Assembly: GCF_009834535.1 (NCBI RefSeq)
Contig: NC_045697.1
Location: forward strand, 94,676,001-94,740,000
From: Camelus ferus
Taxonomy: Eukaryota
Direction: 5' to 3'
Length of the DNA: 64,000 nucleotides
A model generated the notes under the pieces. The model did no database searches, was not told the DNA's origin, and saw nothing but the letters and a program-made list of their open reading frames with translations. Positions within the stretch are counted from its first letter, which is position 1. Each line of letters begins with the position of its first letter. Shown here piece by piece: positions 36,879-49,789 of this stretch. Made by a program: the position numbers and the translations under genes.

Positions 36879-39110
36879 GTTGGTTAAGTTTATTCCTAAG
36901 TATTTTATTGTTTTTGATGCTATTATAGATTGAATTGTTTTCTGAATTTCTTTTTCCAATAGTTCTCTGTGGTAAAATAAAATGTATATTTTAAGGCAGA
37001 ACAAGAAAATGTGAACACAAAATTTTCTCTGTGTCTATTTGGGCCTTCTCCCTCTCCCCCTCTCTCCCTAATGGAAAGCGTGCATCTGAATTACACATTA
37101 ACTAGAACTCAACAAAAATGAGAATGCCTGCTTGACCATATAGACCATAAACATCTTTCTTTTCCTTTCTTCTCTTGCTAGCAATGACTTCTTAAAATAG
37201 CATTCTTTCCCAACTGTGTAGCGGGTTATAGTGACTTACTTTTCACTTTGGATGTGATGTGTTTACTTGTACTATCTTTGGTGAATTTTATGTAAAATAT
37301 CAGTATGTCATTTTGATGTATGATCCCTTATCTCAAAAATGTATATGACTGTGCCTTCAACTTCTAAGAGGCAGATCAGTTCTCAGAGCTTCTGAGTCTG
37401 TCTCCCAGATTATAATCCTCAGTTTGGCTCAGATAAAATTCCCTTTTTTATTTCTTCCTAACCTTATTGTTAATTGAATTTTCATCAACAATTGTTAGTG
37501 TATGGAAACAATTTTTGTGCGTGGATTGTATCCTGTAACTCTGCTAAGTTGTCTATTATTAGTTCTAATGGTTCTGTAATCCTTAGGGTCTTCTACATGG
37601 AAGATCACATTGTCTGTAAATAGATATAGTTTTACTTCTTTATTTCAAACTTAGATGCCTTTTATTTTTCTTTCTTACCTACTTGCTCTGAACAGGATAT
37701 CCAATACTGTTAAATAGAATTGACAAAATCAAGCATCTTTTTCTTGTCCCTGATCTTAGAGGAAAAGCTTTCATTCAGCATGAAGGTAGCTGTGGATTTT
37801 TCATATATTGACTTTATTATGTTGAGGTAGTTTCTTCTATTCTTATTTTGTTGAATTTTTTTAATCCCAAAAGGGTATTGAATTTTGTCAAATGTTTATT
37901 CTGCATCAATTAAGATGATCATATGTGGTATTCCCCCCCCCCTTTTTTTCTTTCTGTTAATGAAGTGCTTTGCATTGATTGATTATTATTTTTTTATGTT
38001 GAATAATCTTTTCAGTCTAGGAATAAATCCCACTTGGTCATGGTGTATAATCAGTTTAATGTGTTGTTGAGTTTGTTTGCTAGTATTTTGTTGAGGTTTT
38101 TTACATCAGTATTCATCAGAGATACTGAGTTCAGTCTTTTTCTTATAGCGTCTTTGTCTGGCTTTGGTATCAGGGTGATTCTTGCCTCCTACAATGAATC
38201 AATAAGTGTTTCCTCCTCTTCAGTTTTTCAGAATAGTTTGAAAACAGTTGGTGTTAATTATTCTTTAAATGTTTGATAGAATTTACCAGTGAAGCCATCT
38301 GGACCTGGGCTTTTCTTTGCTGAAAAGTTTTTAGTGATCCAATCTCCTTTACTAGACATAGATTTCTTCTGATTTTCCATTTGTTCATGATTCAGTTTTG
38401 GTAATTTGTTCGAGTCTAGGAGTTTGGTCATTTCATCTAGGTTATCCAATTTGCTCACATAACAACTATTCATAGTACTTTCTTACAATCCTTCATATTT
38501 CTGTAAAATTAGTAGTAATACCCCCACTTTCATTTCTGATTTTAGTTATTTTTGCCACCTATTTTTCTTAGACAACCTTGCTAAAGCTTTTTTCAATTTT
38601 GTTGATATTTTCAAAGAACAAAATCTTGGTTTCATTGATTTCTTGACTGTTTTTCTGTTCTCTACTTTATTTACCTCTGTACTGATCTTTATTATTTCCT
38701 TCCTCTTGTATGGTTTAGTTTGCACTTTTGGTACTTCTTTAAGGTGTAAACTTAAGTTGCTGATTTGTCTTTCTTTTTTTAATGTAAATATTTATAGCTG
38801 TAAATTTCCCTTTTAACATTGTTTTCACTGCATCCCATATATTTTTGTATGTTAGGTTTTTATTTTCATTTGTCTCAATAATTTTCTAGTTTCCTTCATG
38901 TGTTCCTCTTTGACCCATTGGTTGCTTAAGAATATGTTATTAATTTCCACATATATGTGAATTTTCCAGTTTTCTTTCGGCTGTTAATTTCTAGTTCCAT
39001 TCCACTGTGATCAGAAAATATATTTTACATGATTTTAGCCTTTTAAAATTTATTAAGACTTGTTTTGTGGTCTAATATGGTTTATCCTGGAAAATACTCC
39101 ATGTTGTCTT
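36879..39110 (-). mobile_element. L1 ORF2 fragment (EN-RT linker and RT), interrupted by an LTR at 36968-37490
   Basis: ORF track 38258-38473 KKSPGPDGFTGKFYQTFKE is a conserved L1 ORF2 motif; also tttggtatcagggtga, cccacttggtcatggtgtata and tcttgtccctgatcttagaggaaaagc. Confidence 0.93.
36968..37490 (+). mobile_element. MER34/MER39-like ERV1 solo LTR inserted in L1 ORF2
   Basis: tgtggtaaaat...ctgtctcccagattataatcctcagtttggctcagataaaattc...tcaaca; L1 text gttc|attgttagtg resumes across it. Confidence 0.75.
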
Positions 39111-42100
39111 TTCCTTCTTTCATAACTCATCTATTCCCCTTTTTTTTATTATTTGCAAAAGATGTAATCAAAACTATAATCTTTTCATTTATTGCATTTC
39201 TTATTTTAAAAGGAAAAAATAACATGTACACATAGTATTTTGCAGGTATTTATCTCTAGGCTGTGTTTTTCAAAAATAGTCTTAAAAGTGTGACTATTTT
39301 TTTAGTGATGCATCCTTCTGCCAGAACTCCATTTGTTTTTAAAAAAATTATTGAACAGGTAGTAATGACTAAGCCCACTTGAAAAATAAATAATCTTAAT
39401 TTTCTAGTCAGAAAGATATGCTAAGTTCACGACATCTACATGTACTGATTATGTTTTAGTTGCAAACAGATACATCCTCAGGCGTAATTGTGTTTCTATC
39501 CTTTATTCTTTCAAGTGAGGTAAAACAAACAAAAAAAAAGAAACTGTAAGAAAAATAAGCACTATAATTCAGTCTTGAATCAACTAGTGTTCGTATATAA
39601 ATTATAAAGATGTATTAATCAGCTAAATATAAGGGAAACATCAAATGTTTTTATTTTAGATCATAATAATAAAATAAAAGTTTTTTTTAAGTGTCTTTAG
39701 TTGCTTTTCTGGAATTTTATAGACATGGCTAAAATTTCTTTTCAATAGTGATTTAATTATATTTTCAATAGTGATTTATTTATATTTTCTACCACTCAGC
39801 AAATATGAAAGCTTAGGGTTTTAATGTCTGTAGTTTTATACATTGCACCCGCATATTTTACTCATGAAAATTGAAATGTTCAAAAAGAAATATGCAAAAC
39901 AGATCTTCTGATGACAATTGATTTTATTGGAAAAGATCACATGCCAGAATTCCTAAGGTAACCTCTCAGACAAAGGCAGAAACAGGACAGGATTTTGATT
40001 CTGCGTCATATCAGAAGTCAACACTTGTTTTAAAAATGTATTACATTATCCTTTTCTTTCTGGTATTCAAAATCACTGTGAAAGTCCCCTGAAAGTATTT
40101 ATAAAAATATTTGATCATCAGAATCCAGTCCACATAGCAACTTAGTAAAAGAAAGTGATAGAGTATTGATTTCAATGGAACAATTATAGTAGGCATAATA
40201 GTAACCGCCTTATCATCAACCCTATACTTCCCTATTTTCTAGCACATAAAATGTAATCTTTACTTGAATTTTCCATAGGTAGACACATTTATTAAATAGT
40301 CCCTGTGTATTTATCGTCATCTATCCAATTGGTTATACAAATTAAACTTTAAAAGACACAAATTTACTTTTAATATGTATCTACTAATTTCATAAATCAT
40401 CATATTTATAATTAAATTGTCATCCAACTGAGGCAGGGACACAGAAAAAAATGAAACAGCTTAATGAGCTCTACACCATTGCCCACTAGCTTAAAAAGCA
40501 GTTCAGCCTTGTTGACATGAAAGAAATACTACTTTAGACCCACTATAAACTATAGATTTACAGTTATAATTATTTTTCTCATTGACTTTTCTATTGTACT
40601 AATGACCGTGCTATGATTCAGGATCTGCTTTTAGAGGCACTTTCATCAGACAGTTTTTGAAGTATATTTGCATATCTTAATTCAATTACATTAAAACCAT
40701 TTTTAATCTAAACTGCATCTTTTAATTTTTTCCCCTTCTAATCTGTATCATTCTGCCCTTGTTTGTGTAAAAATTCACTGACTTTTTCATTTTTCCTGTG
40801 TTTATGACTGAGAACCAACTTTGATCCACCTAATTAAAACTTCTGTGAAGGGCAAAATAGAAAATGACTATCAGAAGGCAGTCTGAAGTTATTTGAAATA
40901 ATTTGAACATCAACGGTCTAACTTTCTACAGCACTCTCAAGTGTTTGCATACCCAAGTAAACAAATTGCATGATCTTTTCCAAGTATAATTAGTGTTCAT
41001 TTATACTATACTCTGGTGCCTTGATGAGCCTATCTGACATACAGCTATTCTAAGATGTTAGCAAAAATATGTCAGACGATAGGCTGTCTGTAGGCAAATA
41101 TTATCAGGATGGGCAAATATTGTCATGATGGAGCAAAGGACTTTAAAAGAAAGTAAACAAGATAAAAGAGATTGTAGGCTTTACTCTTATTTAGAAGAGA
41201 AAAAGAAAAAGGAATAAAAAAGGAGAAATGTTAGCTAACATAAACAACAAATAAAGGAAAATAGCTAAGTCTCAGAAGGATGCTGATATGAATGAAAATA
41301 GAGACATTTAGAAAATGTAAATCTCAAGCTATTGCCTAATTTTCTTGTCTGTATATAGCTTGTTTCCATCTGTGAAACAAGTTCTGCAGTATTGCTGAGT
41401 GAGGAAACCAAATGTAAATGAGGCTACTGAAGCATATACAGAGTCCTAAGAGGTGAGAAAATGTTATGCTAATAATCAAAGAGATCTCTGAAGGAAATGG
41501 GGCAAAAAGTACATAAGGGTGAAGATTCAGTTATCCATTTGGTGTCTGGGATTTGTTAGAAATCATAGTAATATTTAAGAAAACCAGATTCCTAATACTT
41601 TAAAATGTCTGTTTATTATAAAGTGAATAACTTGTTTTTCTAGGATAGCATTTCACAGACAGTATAATTCTTTAGACCTATATAATAAGTATTCATTATA
41701 TCTATTATATCAAACAGGTATATCCCTGCTATTAGACATTTGGAATCATTTAATTTGGGGAATTTTAAATGCAAGAGTGAAGAAATTATTGTAAAGGTGT
41801 TTCTAAAATAACAACTAGTTCACTTTGTGTTGAATATGGCAGTGATTATGGGATCTTTTTACATCCAATCATGAGCTAGTCAATATGCAAATCTTCCTAA
41901 GACATAATACAGTTGTAGACTTATTTTGTATTGGGAAATGTTTTTCTATTTGGATAACAAAAGTAGTGAAATATAATATGTACATAGTTTATTCAGTCAT
42001 GTCAGTCAAAATTCTGATAGCTTTAATTTGGGGTTTATCTTGGCTTTGTGTATCACTTCTTAACTTAATAAAAATTCTATCAGGGACTTAAAAAATTGTA

Positions 42101-42180
42101 CAATTGACCACCATTGTGAATAACATGGGGATTTAAAAATTACCCTCTTCTTACATAGTCAATGGTCAGAAGTCATATTT

Positions 42181-42204
42181 TGTGTGTGTGTGTGTGTGTG
42201 TGTG
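42181..42204. repeat. (TG)12 microsatellite
   Basis: Read directly. Confidence 0.95.
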
Positions 42205-42239
42205 AAATTTTGGTATTTTTCCTAAAGGTATATACAAGA

Positions 42240-42640
42240 ATTAAAAAATTTGAGTGCAAATAATTATTTTGGAGTACAAATGTCACTGGTGGAGATGTGA
42301 GGAAACCATAAGGAAGAAAAGGCTGTCATAAGGGGTACACTTCTGTCAGCTATCGTGGAGGGCTAATGGCATTTAATCCCCTGGGAAACTCTAGAAAGTG
42401 GTATAAAATCACACCTCAAAATTCTCTCACTTGAGAGACTGGGATTTGTATATTTATCCATCAACACTCCCAGAATGGTGTAAATCCCCTAATCATTCCC
42501 AGCACTAACAGTGCACAGAGAACAGCCTTCTGTGCTTCCAGAAAAAGCCCTAAGGTACCAGCATGCAGAGACTGACACATGGAGACTCCCTATAATATAC
42601 AGAACTACTTGCAGAATTCGGAAGGGCATGGCAATACATG
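42240..42640 (-). mobile_element. LTR33/LTR41-like ERVL LTR (probable 3' LTR of the adjacent ERV-L)
   Basis: atttaatcccctgggaaactctaga...acacctcaaaattctc...tatttatccatcaacactccc matches recalled LTR33/41 consensus. Confidence 0.6.
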
Positions 42641-43018
42641 TCTTCATTTTATATTAATCAGGTCTTCCTCAGGCCCTACATTAAATGCACAGTTCTACTA
42701 ATGTCACTGCTTCTTAAAGATTGGTCACAATTATTTTTTAAAGAAGGAAAAACAACAAATTACAGGATGATGGTTAGTAAGTGGCTCCGCTGCTGTAACT
42801 GGTCCTGAGGCTGACTACAGCTGATATTCTTTATATTCCTCTTCTACTTCTCATACCAGATTTTCCTCAACTTGAATCAGCACTTCAGCTAACCAAGAAT
42901 ACTCGCTCAGTGTGATAAATCATACTTTCACGCCTGAGAGTTCTGATCCTTTGGTTACCATTGCTTTGTCAGATTGCGTTTCCAACAATCACTGTTTAAG
43001 GTTTTGACTCAATGGAAG

Positions 43019-43626
43019 TGTTAGAGCAGACACATAGCTAGATATGAGCAGAGAAAGGAGGGGCACAGGCCAAATGCAGGAAACCATACATCATGTAAGC
43101 ACCAGGGGTCCCTGGACAGAGAAAGAAAAGCAGGAATCTTTGGGCTGATTAAGGGGCCACACCTTTTGGCCTGGAGATCAACAAAGAAAGGAAAGAAAAG
43201 GCAGGAATTTCCAGTGTCTGAATGTAGCCTTTTCTCATTATGCCCTCATTTCAGTAAAGTTAGCTTTGCAGATTAGAAGTACCCATCGCGCACCAACGCC
43301 ATGACACTTCTGATCCAGACTAAATAAGGACAAAATCCCTCCTCCCCTTGGGAAAGTGGAGTTGGGATGAAAATCAGAGAATAGGACCCAAACCCTTCCC
43401 TCCCCAGTGAATATTCTGCCCATTCATTTTTACACCCTATGTAACTAACTTGCCAAAGAAACACAGGGCAGCCGCTCACCTGAGCCTGCCTGCTCTCCCC
43501 TTGAGAGTGCACTATCCATCCTTTAATGAATTCTCACATTACTTTTTTTAACCACTACGTCTTGTCTCTGAATTCTTCCTGGGACGGGACAAGAACCTGG
43601 AACACCAGTTACATCCACCAGCAACA
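43019..43626 (+). mobile_element. MER41-like ERV1 solo LTR, 608 bp, with TSD
   Basis: tgttagagcag...atatgagcag...gaattcttcctgggacgggacaagaacc...gcaaca; perfect TSD gaag at 43015-43018 and 43627-43630. Confidence 0.88.
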
Positions 43627-44178
43627 GAAGCACTAAGAGGTCCCCTAAGGAATCTCCTCAGCTCCAGACATACTTCTCCCTGTCTTCAGTATACAGCAGC
43701 CACCTTACTGCCTCATGAGAACTGTGGTCCTTTATCCCTGCCAGTATAGTAACTCCTTTTCTATTCTTTGTTTTACTGGCATAAGGGACTCAAAATAACT
43801 TAGCTGAGTCAATATTTTTAAGTTAGTGGAATCCTTTAATGTTCTTGGGTAAACATGTCCCCCCCCCCCCCAAGAACCAGGACCACTAGTGCAGAAGGTC
43901 AAAAGTTGCTCAATGAGGCAAAAATTAATCAATTGCATCACTGGAAGCAATGGTGACAGGGCACTCAGACAAAGGTATTCTATCTATTGGGAACATTAAG
44001 AGGTTCAAAGGATTCCATGGACATGGTGCTCATTGTTGTACCACCTTCATCATATTGTGGATTGCTTTTTTAAGGCACTGTTCATAATCCTATTACAACA
44101 AATCAATCTGTTAGCCCATGAGTAGAATTGCTGGCCAAGGCAGTGCAGATGGAGATGGAAGACACATAGCCACACCCA

Positions 44179-44679
44179 TGTCAAAGCAAAAATTGCACCA
44201 GACAAATTTAAACAGACCAAAAATTCAAGACTACTGCAATGGGGAAGGGGACTAAATTCAACTCCACTGGAGGACTTTGGGGGTGGGGTTGGTCCATGCT
44301 ATGTGTCCAGCACATTGACTTTTTCCTGAATTTGCAAATGCTTTCCTCTGTAATCAGGCTATTTGTGTTTGCTAATTGCTGCCTGTCGAAGTTAGGCTCT
44401 TACCCTCCCTCAGAGACTAGGAAAGAAGGGTGTTATCCCTTTGATGTGAACATTTCAAAGAGATGGTTCCCAGGTCCTTGAGAAAGACATTTCCTGAGCT
44501 ATAAAACTGGCAAGAGGTTGGCAGAAGGTTTACATACATTTCAAAGGAACAGAACAAGAATTTACAATTGAAAGTTTTCTGAAGTAAATGCTCTAAGAAA
44601 AGGCAGGTCAGAGGTCTATAGTTAGAAACCTATCCAAAGTTTAGTCAAGCTGAGGGGAACTTCAAAGTTGTCTTGGTCC
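44179..44679 (-). mobile_element. MER31-like ERV1 solo LTR with TSD
   Basis: tgtcaaagcaaaaattgcaccagac...acatttcaaagagatggttcccaggtccttgagaaagac...tcttggtc; perfect TSD ccca at 44175-44178 and 44680-44683. Confidence 0.88.
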
Positions 44680-45719
44680 CCCAGAGTATGTATCAATACA
44701 GTATGGGGATAAATTATTTACCCTTAAAGGGTGGAAAGGATCCAGTGTAATCAATTTATCACATGGTGTCTAGCTGAGCTGCTCAAAGGATGATGCCTTA
44801 CCAAGGGCTTAACTTTAGTCTCTGTTGCTAACTGGTTGAGCATTCAGCAGTCGCAACCTTTTCCGACCCAGAGGGATTCATATTGTTGGGCCCAGGCATA
44901 TTTACCAAGCCTGCTACTGGGGCTATTCCTTTCATTACAACAAAGCGGTAAGCACTAGGGTGGCTAAGAACAGAACATTTGTGTTTTCTGTTTTGCTGTT
45001 GTTACTTGGTTTTTGGTTTCATTATTTGGTACTTTAGAAATGTTACAATTAACAAACATGTGATAGATCTTTGCTCATTTATGCAGGCTTATTTATACAT
45101 TTACATAGAACTAAGTTTTACCTGAGTTGGTACTGATAATTTTATAGATAATTTTGATCAATTAATTTTATTACTATAAAATTAAGTGTGTCCTGGACAA
45201 AATATGGTAACATAAAGATACTCAACCCCTGATTGCTAACTTTATTCAGGAAACCCCACTCATTTAATATCCAAAGTTCTGAATTACATCATCAAACATA
45301 TTCTCCCAACTTACACATGAACTTTAACACCAGCCAAACAGAATAACATAAATACCACATACAATTTTTAAGATAGCACATAAGATAAACTTCACAAGAA
45401 GGTGTACACTATTTTTGAAAGTTTTATTTAATTTATCAAAAACATGCTCCATGTTTAGATGTTTGGCATCAACTTAATAATGTTGGGATCACTTCTTTAG
45501 CTACTGAATATGATGGAAGAGTAAGTTTCTAGACATTACCAAGTTGAGAGTACATTTCTAAACATAACCAAGCTGATGTCAAATACTACAACTTACAAAC
45601 TTCCTCATATAACCCTTGTTATAATATAGATGAAAAGTCAGTGCCAACAACTGAATTGGCAAGATTAGGGATCAAGACCAAACTACACAAACAACACTTA
45701 CAAATCTGTAATTTTCTGA

Positions 45720-46277
45720 TGACTTATGGAACAGGAGAAAATATTTGCAAATGATGTGACCAACAAAGGGTTAATACCCAAAATATACAAACAGCTAATT
45801 CAACTCAATATTGAAAAAACAACCAATCAAAAATGGGCAGAAGACCTAAATAGATATTTTTCCAAAGATGACATACAGATGGTCAATAGGCACATGAAAA
45901 GATGCTCAACATCACTAATTATTAGAGAAATGCAAAGCAAAACCACAATGAGGTCAGAATGGCCATCATTAAAAAGAAGCCTACAAATAATAAATGCTAG
46001 AGAGGGTGTGAAGAAAAGGTCACCCTCCTACTGTTGAAAGGAATGTAAACTGGGGCAGCCACTGTGGAAAACAGAATGAGACTTCTTTAAAAAACTAAAA
46101 CTAAAGCTACCATGTGATCAAGAATTCTCACTCCTGATTATATACTCAGAAAACATGGAAACTCTAATTTGAAAAGATACATGTATCCCAATGTTCACAG
46201 CAGCACTACTTACAATAGCCAAGTCATGGAAATAACTCACGTGCCCATCAATAGAAAATTGGCTTAAGAAGATGTGA

Positions 46278-46326
<49 letters not shown>

Positions 46327-46761
46327 TAGAATATTACACAGTCATAAAAAGAATGAAAAACTGTCATTTGCAGCAACATGGATGGGCCTAGAGAATATAA
46401 TGCTTAATGAAATAAGTCAGAGAAAGACAAATACTATATGATGTCACTTATATGTGGAATCTAAAAGTAATACAAATGAATCTATATACAAAACAGAAAC
46501 AAACTCACAGACACAGAAAACATACTTATGGTTACCAAAGGCGAGAGAGAGGGAGGGACAAATTAGGAATATGCGATTAACAGATACAAACTACTATTCA
46601 CAAGCTAGATAAACAATAAGTTACTGTACTGCACAGGGAACTATATTCAATATTTTATAATAACCTATGGTGGAATATAATCTGAAAAAGTAACTGTATC
46701 ACTTTGCTGTACACCTGATACTAACACAATATTGCTAATCAACTATATTTTAATTAAAAAA
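45720..46761 (+). mobile_element. 5'-truncated artiodactyl-type L1 (ORF2 C-terminus and 3' UTR) containing an expanded (TA)n
   Basis: ORF track [25 protein letters not shown]...[35 protein letters not shown]; 3' UTR tcactttgctgtacacctgatactaacacaatattg; (TA)n at 46284-46323. Confidence 0.93.
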
Positions 46762-49227
46762 GATCCTTCTGTAGTAGAGCACACAGTAACTTAACTATGT
46801 TGTAAACATGTATACAACTGAGTTACTGAAGTATGCTTTGAATTTTTTATAGTTTCTGATGGAGAAGTATGAGCCTTGGCACCCATTCAGCTAAATGAGA
46901 CAAATCTCTAATTGGCTAGTGATCATAGCTTACTAAGAAGCACCTCTGACAAAAGAAAACAGGTTTTCCTCTCTAAGTACCTGAAAATCTTATAGGATAG
47001 TGATTAAGAAAATGACTCTTTTAGACGGATAATTATAGTGCTGAAGAAACAAAGCATTTGAATTCAAAGTGATCATTGTACTAGAGTAAAGGATAATTAG
47101 ATTAATTTATCTATTATCTGTAAATTCCAAATGTTAATAGCTATTCAAGGCCTAAAATACAGTGGACTTGCTCTAAATCAGACAAGATGTCTAACAAGCA
47201 GATATAACATCAATGTTAAAAAATGCTTATAAGGATCCCATTGGAGCAGTGTTTTTCCAGTGTCTTGAGATAATTAGTCACAACCTTCAGAATATCACCC
47301 ACCTCAGAATCATTTTTTAAAAAAATCTACATTTTTATACTGGCCCCTGGATTTTCTAAACTCTTATTCCGAATCTCCCTCACTCAAAAGAATATCACTA
47401 CCTCAACCCCTTAAACTCATTTAAGTATCAAGTACTGAAAAGGAACATTAATTTAGGAGAATAAATGAAAAGGTGAATGAATTAATGAATTAATATTAAA
47501 AGGTAGTTGTTAGTATAAAATTGCCTTTATGTAACTCGTATTTCAGCAGTTGTGGGTCTCATTCGCTTTGTTCCTAACTTATTGAAGATTTTTAGGAAAG
47601 AAATTTCTAGATCAAATTAGTGGTGTACAAAGTACAACACTAAGGAAGTTAATATAAATGTGCTATCACATAAATATATATTTAAATGTGTGTGTGTGTG
47701 TGTGTGTGTATAGAATATTTTGTTCTTATGGTATCTCCCAGCAAGGCTATGAAAAGTAATTATGCCTGAGAATTAAAGGTATAATTATCCAGTGCATGTT
47801 TATGGTAAAGGATGTTGTGACACTTACACCCTTAATATCCTCACAATCTTGAACTGTGTGATATTCAGTATCTATCCTAGGATGATAAATATATCATTTA
47901 TAGAACTTTACTTAAAGAATATATTCTCCATCCATTTATCCACATATTCTAAAATTTATACTTGGGCCAAGCATGATGACTTCATTTTTTAAGTTCATCC
48001 CAGAATTTCTCTCACTAGATTTTATATAATAATATTTTCTATCTTTGGGTAACAAAAGAATATATAAGACCTATTAGTGTATTAACTGATACTTAGGAAA
48101 GCTGCTCTTTAACATGAAGATTATAGGAGATCCTTTTTTTAGAATGCAATACTGATGAATGCCTTTTAATGTCTTTTATAATAAGAATTGTGTAAATGAC
48201 ATCATCTTTCCTATTTTGACTGCCATTGACCTCAGACATAAGTTAGATGTTCAACTGTAGCAAATATTTAGGGCCTTATTATAAAATGTTTATATTACGT
48301 TTCCCTAATGTTGATCTATTTTTGTAAAGTAAAATTCCTGAGTCTTAAGTGTTTATAACATGAATCAGAAAGTAAATAATGAACTGCATAAAAGAATAAA
48401 TAAATCAATGAGAGTATTTTTCTCCTAAAGTCTCTCATCTTCATGCCTATATGTCTGTGTCTCTCTTTCCTCAAGGAATCTCTTTTTCCTTCATCTCTGC
48501 CGTCTAACTCCTATCCAATTTGCATTTTATAGATCACATTCCAATGTCCACATAAAGTTTGTATAATGATTGTCTCTGGTGGATGAAAGTGGTCTTTTGA
48601 AATCTGATCATACATTTTCATTGTTTTCTTCTTAGGATTATATTTGTCACCGAAGATTTAACCTTAAGCTTCCTGAAGTCTGTGTCATGTCTGAACCATC
48701 TGCAATGTTTTATTCAAGTGCCAGCAGAGTAACCTGATGTTCCAAGGAAAGAAGATGTCTATGGTTAAATAAGCCTGGAAAACACTGTCCACTAAACCCA
48801 TACACCATACTGTTTAAGACTTTGTACTCTGGACATTTTTTTCCTAAGAAAATGAACTGATGAAATTCCCACTGAGATGATAGCACATAATAGCCCTCAG
48901 GGAATTGGGTGATAAATGATAAAAATGCCCTGACATATTTCTACAAAACTAAGGAGGATGGGGTCAGACTGAATGATCAGAACAGAGAAAGTTTAAGACC
49001 TGAAGAGAGCTGTGATGGAATCATAAGCTGTCTTTCCTTATAAATTCCTGGAAAAGCTCTAAACCAAGAGCCAAAAAACAGTATCAGAGCTGGATTCTGG
49101 GAAAGTAACAGCGGTAATTAAATTAAAGCTCCTGGTGGCACAATAGGTTTGGGTTTTTTCCCCAATAACTACATTCTTCATTCTTGTGCATGTAGATAGA
49201 ATGGCATCTTTGGACGAAAGTGGCATG

Positions 49228-49280
49228 GAAAGAAAGAGAGTGAGAGAGAGAGGGAGTGGGAGAGCAAGAGAAAGAAAAAA

Positions 49281-49328
<48 letters not shown>

Positions 49329-49455
49329 AGAAAGAAGAAAGAAAGAAGAAAGAAGGAAGGAAGGAAGGAAGGAAGGAAGGAAGGAAGGAAGGGAAGGAAG
49401 GAAGGAAAGAAGGAAAAGAAAAGAAAAGATGGAAGGAAGGAAAAAGGGAGAAGGA
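49228..49455. repeat. Compound purine-rich (GAAA)n/(GAA)n/(GGAA)n microsatellite
   Basis: Read directly; explains the low-complexity ORFs at 49059-49490. Confidence 0.95.
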
Positions 49456-49789
49456 ATTTGAACATTATATTTAAGAAGATTAAAGAACATTTAATAAGAC
49501 AGTTGAAGTCCCAAAGTAAAGCCCACTTTTTGAGATTGGACTGGATATGTTGAGTAATGTAGGTAGAATTTGATGTGCTGTCTCCCTAGGCCATCGTCCA
49601 CCCACAAACCTTTAATTAAAACCTACAGTGGCGAAAAGCAAAACCAAAAAACCCTACAGTCAGCATGTCTGCTTTACTATTCAGGGCTTATCTTCCATCC
49701 TGCCATTTAAGGGTATATCCTTCTAGGGAAACATACCTGCATAATGGCAAAGAAAATCAATCTCAGTTATCTATAAATAAGAACTGCCA

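Larger units (their letters stand above)
42640..44970 (-). mobile_element. Decayed ERV-L internal region (integrase and downstream), split by two younger LTRs
   Basis: Minus-strand translation near 44900-44690: YAWAQQY...ATAECSTS*QQRLKLSPW*GII...IDYTGSFPPFKGK*...IDTYSG, collinear with ERV-L integrase (YAWAQQHG...AECPxCQQQRPTLSPRYG...DYIGPLP...IDTYSG); resumes left of 44179. Confidence 0.85.

Noticed and set aside
43019..43626. MER41-like LTR as an interferon-gamma (STAT1) enhancer, as described for primate MER41
   Set aside because: I found no intact TTCNNNGAA GAS motif in this copy by eye.
49059..49490. Four long ORFs rich in F/L/S or K/E/R
   Set aside because: Translations of the GAAA/GGAA microsatellite, not genes.
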